A stretch of 64,000 nt of DNA from Patescibacteria group bacterium (GTDB lineage: Bacteria > Patescibacteriota > Kazan-3B-28): NCBI GenBank assembly GCA_041649135.1, contig JBAZNQ010000001.1, positions 32,559-96,558 of the forward strand. Direction: 5' to 3'. This document shows positions 60,563 through 64,000 of this stretch, in pieces (position 1 is the first letter of the stretch; every line of letters starts with the position of its first letter). The notes under the pieces were generated by a model, which saw only the letters and a list, made by a program, of their open reading frames with translations, did not search any database and had not been told where the DNA came from. The position numbers were made by a program, and so were the translations under genes.

Positions 60563-60634
60563 AGTAAGTTAAAAACGAGCAAAAAGATCGGAATCGAGCT
60601 GTTCTGCCAAAAGAAAACTTAGGAATTACATAAA

Positions 60635-61246
60635 ATGCCGCATAATAAAGATATGCTGGCTATCCTTAGTATTGCGGTCGTAGCATTTATCGCGACAAAT
60701 CTCGACGACACTCTTCTGCTTATAGGTTTTTTCTCTCACAAATCATATAAACCCATCCAGGTCGTCATCGGCCAATATCTCGGCATCGGCTTGCTTGTGT
60801 TTGTAAGCGCAATAGGCGCAGCCATTTCACTCTCGATCGCTCCGGCATATGTCGGGTTGCTCGGTTTTTTGCCTATAGTGATTGGAGCTAAAGAATTTTG
60901 GCATACTTTTATTACCGGTGATGCACAGGCAGAGAATACAAAAATCGCTTCTTCTGGAAAAATTCTTTCAATTGCTGCTGTCACCATTGCCAACGGAGGG
61001 GACAATATCGGCATATATATTCCTTTGTTTGCCACCATGACTTCCGCTCAATTTATAGTCACAGTGGTAATGTTTGCCGTGATGACTGGGCTGTTATGTT
61101 TGGCAGGATATTGGCTGGTATACCACAAAAGATTCGGTCGCCACATACAATATTGGGGGCATCGGATGCTGCCGTTTGTGCTAATTGGGCTCGGAGTATA
61201 TATTCTGTGGCACAACGGGAGTACTTCTTTGATTAAAGGGTACTAG
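60635..61246 (+). CDS. CadD-family cadmium/metal resistance transporter-like membrane protein (cassette 7)
   Basis: MPHNKDMLAILSIAVVAFIATNLDDTLLLIGFF; 5-6 TM. The stop is immediately followed by a variant att-like repeat. Confidence 0.55.
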   Translation: MPHNKDMLAILSIAVVAFIATNLDDTLLLIGFFSHKSYKPIQVVIGQYLGIGLLVFVSAIGAAISLSIAPAYVGLLGFLPIVIGAKEFWHTFITGDAQAENTKIASSGKILSIAAVTIANGGDNIGIYIPLFATMTSAQFIVTVVMFAVMTGLLCLAGYWLVYHKRFGRHIQYWGHRMLPFVLIGLGVYILWHNGSTSLIKGY

Positions 61247-61365
61247 AGCCCTAACCTCCTCCACCCTAGCCACGTCCCGCGATCGGCGGGCAGACCACAG
61301 TCTATTAGTATTGGTTTTCGACTCTTACGGTACAATAGAAGCAGTTATACTCGTTTATTTTTCTT

Positions 61366-61803
61366 ATGTCAAAACTCTTCATAGTTTCATCTCTTGGCTT
61401 AATGGTATGTTGCGGATTGTGTTTAAGCGGCTGTCAAAAAACCAATTCCACCAATCAGTCTCAAAGTTCTACCCCCAAAATTTATACCGATCAATCAAAA
61501 TTCGCCTCTGCTTTTACTAAATGTGAAGTTAGTGAGTTACAAATTCCTTTTGGTAGTGATGCGACCTACTCTATTAAAATGTTAGGGATTACTGACGGTA
61601 AATGTGGTTATCAGGTACAGGTTCGTAATAATACTCAAGGTAAGGTAACTAGTGGTCCAGCGGACTTGACTTGTAACATGCCAACAACGTCACTTAGTCA
61701 AAACGCTCTCGGTCATCTCTTTGGGTATGATAAAGCCACCGGCATGGAAACCACAAAAGCCGAACAGGATCAACTAGAGGCAAAGTATTGTCAATCAAGT
61801 TAA
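61366..61803 (+). CDS. Lipoprotein, hypothetical
   Basis: Signal peptide with lipobox LSGC. Confidence 0.5.
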   Translation: MSKLFIVSSLGLMVCCGLCLSGCQKTNSTNQSQSSTPKIYTDQSKFASAFTKCEVSELQIPFGSDATYSIKMLGITDGKCGYQVQVRNNTQGKVTSGPADLTCNMPTTSLSQNALGHLFGYDKATGMETTKAEQDQLEAKYCQSS

Positions 61804-61837
61804 GACCTTCCGGTAGGCTCCATAATCAATTCGCCCC

Positions 61838-62161
61838 ATGCAACATTACTCTCAAGAATTCGCCAATAGGTGGTCTCAACTGACATTGCCCCAACAGCTG
61901 GGTAATGTTGGGAGTGAAGTTAGCCGGATGCTCAAATGGCGAGACAAAGACCCCATCATTGCCGAACGGGCTTTTGAACGAATGCTGGAACTTATTGATT
62001 TGACTCTTCAAAATCAGACCAACGGTCCTCGTTTGCGAGAAATTGCCCGTGCTCGGGAAGTTTTGGTTCAGACGTGGTTGGAACGATCCACTTCGGATAA
62101 TGCGGAATGGGCATCTTTGAATCGGTACTTTTTCTATTTCGCCTTACTCGGTAATGCTTAA
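61838..62161 (+). CDS. Hypothetical small alpha-helical protein
   Basis: 107-aa ORF. Confidence 0.35.
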   Translation: MQHYSQEFANRWSQLTLPQQLGNVGSEVSRMLKWRDKDPIIAERAFERMLELIDLTLQNQTNGPRLREIARAREVLVQTWLERSTSDNAEWASLNRYFFYFALLGNA

Positions 62162-62221
62162 CATTTTTGTCCAATCCATCTCCCAAAAGATCTCTTACTA
62201 TACAACTCTAAATCTACTCAC

Positions 62222-63043
62222 ATGAGAAGAACACCCGAAGCTGGTGGACCACCAGAACCTCCCTCAACACCAGAAACATCACAGGAAAAGGAACATTTTG
62301 AACCAACCATTCGGATTGATCTTGTTCGGCATGGGGAAGCAGAATATAGCGATGAACTAGAGCAGCAAGTCGAAGCACAGGGCTACCCCTATGATAAACT
62401 CTTCCCAGCGTCCAAAACTACAGCAGAGCTTCGAGGAACGCGGGCTGGCAAGGAGGGTCGTTTAACCAAAGAGGGGAGAGCACAACTGACCATGTCCATG
62501 GAACATCTAGCCAAAAAGATTGATCCAGCCAATGAAGTAATCATAGTGTTGTCTAGCCCACAATTAAGAGCGGAGGAATCGGCAGGGGTCGTCATTGATG
62601 CCCTAAAACAACAAGGCGTTGATATTCTGGGAGCTAGGGAACATCTAGACCTTATCGATATGCAAAGACCTTGGATTGGGATATTGCAATTTCTTAAACA
62701 GAGCCCGTCTGGTGAATCTCCATTCAAGTACTGGCTACAAATGTCAGAGGAAGAGCTTCAAGAGGCAGATATTGAAGGGATAAAAAGCATTGAAGATCGG
62801 ACAGGCCACTTTATAAAACTTATTCAAGCACTAGCTCGACTTAGACGAGTGGGGTGGGGCCTAGATAAAAAGACCCTTCGCGTTATTGCTGTTACTCATG
62901 ATATTAATCTTATAGCTATCGCTGGTTGCGTTCCGGGCCTTAGCAAAAAAGAACTTAATGATGTTAAGCATGCTGAAATTGTCGAACTAGGTATGGACGA
63001 TCGCGGTGACGCTCAATTAATAACTGATGATGAAACAGCCTAA
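62222..63043 (+). CDS. Histidine phosphatase superfamily (phosphoglycerate-mutase-like) protein
   Basis: RHG catalytic motif DLVRHGEAEY. Confidence 0.6.
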   Translation: MRRTPEAGGPPEPPSTPETSQEKEHFEPTIRIDLVRHGEAEYSDELEQQVEAQGYPYDKLFPASKTTAELRGTRAGKEGRLTKEGRAQLTMSMEHLAKKIDPANEVIIVLSSPQLRAEESAGVVIDALKQQGVDILGAREHLDLIDMQRPWIGILQFLKQSPSGESPFKYWLQMSEEELQEADIEGIKSIEDRTGHFIKLIQALARLRRVGWGLDKKTLRVIAVTHDINLIAIAGCVPGLSKKELNDVKHAEIVELGMDDRGDAQLITDDETA

Positions 63044-63083
63044 GTATGTTCTAATTTTTTCTGGTATCGATTCCAACGCTTTG

Positions 63084-64000
63084 ATGACTGATCTCATGAT
63101 CCACGGACCCTACGGCCGTTTCCCGGCCGTTTTTTTGGTAGACGAAGGGCTTTGGCAATTGTACTTACCATCCGAGTTTTTACATCAACTTTCCGAAGAG
63201 GGGTACATGAACGCCTTACAAAAAGATTTTGTGGTCGGCTTTAACAAAGATGCGCAAAAAATGATTCAGGAAATCAGGAATTTCTACCAGTCTTATGACA
63301 AAGCCAATTCATTATCCCGTGAGAATTTTATAGACTATTTTAATGCTATGACGGATTTGGTAGTGCGTTTTTTTGAGCTCTATACCATTACTGAATTTTT
63401 CTATTCTGGGAAAATTGATCAAGAAATCTACCAATGGGCGAAACAAACTCATCCTGCTCACATTTCGCTGACAGTCAATAAATTACTTAATGGCACATAC
63501 CAGGGCGATGTCTCGAGTGTGATCAAGCAATTGGCTAATTTTCTTCAGGAAATTGGTAGGATACGTTTCGAGCTAAGAGAGACCATCAATCAACTCTACA
63601 TTGGTGACGGCGTTTATCTCGCCACTATGCGGTCTTTCGCTCGTCTTACTAATCGTGACGACTTTTCCGAATTAACTATACAAGAAATTCGCGATGTGAT
63701 TTTTGGTAAGGATGTGCCAGACGGGAAACATCGTCGCAAACTACTCGCAGTCCAACAAGAGGGTGGCGAATGGCGGTTCATGTCGAATGATCGAGCTCAT
63801 CAAATATTGTCTAGTGTTCAAAGATCTATCGGATCTCTTGAGGAACTGCATGGGCACACAGCTAGCCCCGGCAAAGCGCAGGGCATTGCGAGAATCTATT
63901 CGCTTAGTCGCTCCCCTGATTTTGATAGATTCAACCAAGGAAATATTTTAGTAGCTAGTACTACCGGTCCAGAGTTTATGCCTGCCATCCAGCGAGCCGG
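63084..64000 (+). CDS. Partial (5' portion) protein with PEP-utilising-enzyme mobile (swivel) domain; continues beyond the window
   Basis: Open frame from ATG 63084 to the window end. C-terminal visible motif HGHTASPGKAQGIARIY...GNILVASTTGPEFMPAIQRA resembles PpsA/RPH swivel domains. Not in the ORF track because it has no stop within the window. Confidence 0.45.
   Translation, partial: MTDLMIHGPYGRFPAVFLVDEGLWQLYLPSEFLHQLSEEGYMNALQKDFVVGFNKDAQKMIQEIRNFYQSYDKANSLSRENFIDYFNAMTDLVVRFFELYTITEFFYSGKIDQEIYQWAKQTHPAHISLTVNKLLNGTYQGDVSSVIKQLANFLQEIGRIRFELRETINQLYIGDGVYLATMRSFARLTNRDDFSELTIQEIRDVIFGKDVPDGKHRRKLLAVQQEGGEWRFMSNDRAHQILSSVQRSIGSLEELHGHTASPGKAQGIARIYSLSRSPDFDRFNQGNILVASTTGPEFMPAIQRA

Larger units (their letters stand above)
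52250..61310 (+). mobile_element. Integron-like gene-cassette array, or tandem site-specific islet accretion, anchored at the tRNA-Trp 3' end. At least 7 cassettes are separated by att-like imperfect palindromes (GTTCTAAC...GTTAGAAC).
   Basis: Repeat copies occur at 52250-52313, 52891-52962, 54015-54065, 55744-55829, 57480-57565, 58869-58954, 59964-60050 and 61249-61310. Each carries CTGCCA, matching the tRNA 3' end. No integrase is present in the window. Confidence 0.6.

Noticed and set aside
52250-61310. CRISPR array interpretation of the repeated ~86-bp palindromes
   Set aside because: Repeats are separated by 0.6-1.8-kb protein-coding cassettes rather than 25-40-bp spacers. The repeats are long imperfect palindromes with variable 3' halves. 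No cas genes are present.
52300-61310. Integron integrase (intI) or other recombinase adjacent to the cassette array
   Set aside because: No tyrosine- or serine-recombinase-like ORF (no R…HxxR…Y motif set) is present on either side within the window. The array is therefore reported as integrase-less in this window only.

Overview
This 64-kb window looks like a compact, low-GC (~42%) bacterial genome segment, most likely from a Candidate Phyla Radiation (Patescibacteria)-type organism. That placement is inference, based on the absence of rpmD (L30) between rpsE and rplO, extended ribosomal proteins, a DUF4012 protein and very small intergenic architecture. Most of the window is core information-processing genes: infC-rpmI-rplT, secG, rpoB-rpoC, the str operon (rpsL-rpsG-fusA, tuf), and a near-complete S10-spc-alpha ribosomal supercluster (rpsJ through rplQ), followed by rplM-rpsI-secE-nusG-rpmG. 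There is also a cluster of eight tRNA genes and a tRNA-Trp. Against this conserved backbone, several things stand out. (1) An approximately 9-kb array of small gene cassettes starts directly at the 3' end of tRNA-Trp. The cassettes are separated by imperfect-palindromic 60-200-bp repeats (GTTCTAAC...GTTAGAAC). Each repeat copies the tRNA 3' terminus (CTGCCA) and overlaps the stop codon of the upstream ORF. This is integron / CALIN-like, or tandem site-specific accretion; no integrase is seen in the window. (2) A GC-rich (~58%) foreign islet sits inside the otherwise invariant fusA-tuf junction. It carries its own promoter, a Shine-Dalgarno site and a terminator. It encodes a single reading frame split by an in-frame TAG into 29-aa and 147-aa ORFs, the latter with a poly-acidic D/T/G tail. 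(3) A ~70-nt conserved structured RNA-like element is present three times, with compensatory stem changes. (4) Instead of Shine-Dalgarno sequences, G-depleted pyrimidine-rich leaders with TTCACT-type repeats sit directly upstream of most core start codons. (5) A family of MITE-like palindromic elements (GTCATTCC...GGAATGAC termini) occurs at nine or more intergenic loci. (6) ~310-bp inverted repeats bracket a single DUF218 gene. (7) One tRNA-Leu appears to carry an A34 anticodon (AAG), and a TadA-like deaminase is carried on a cassette. No rRNA genes, CRISPR arrays or integrase/transposase genes were seen.
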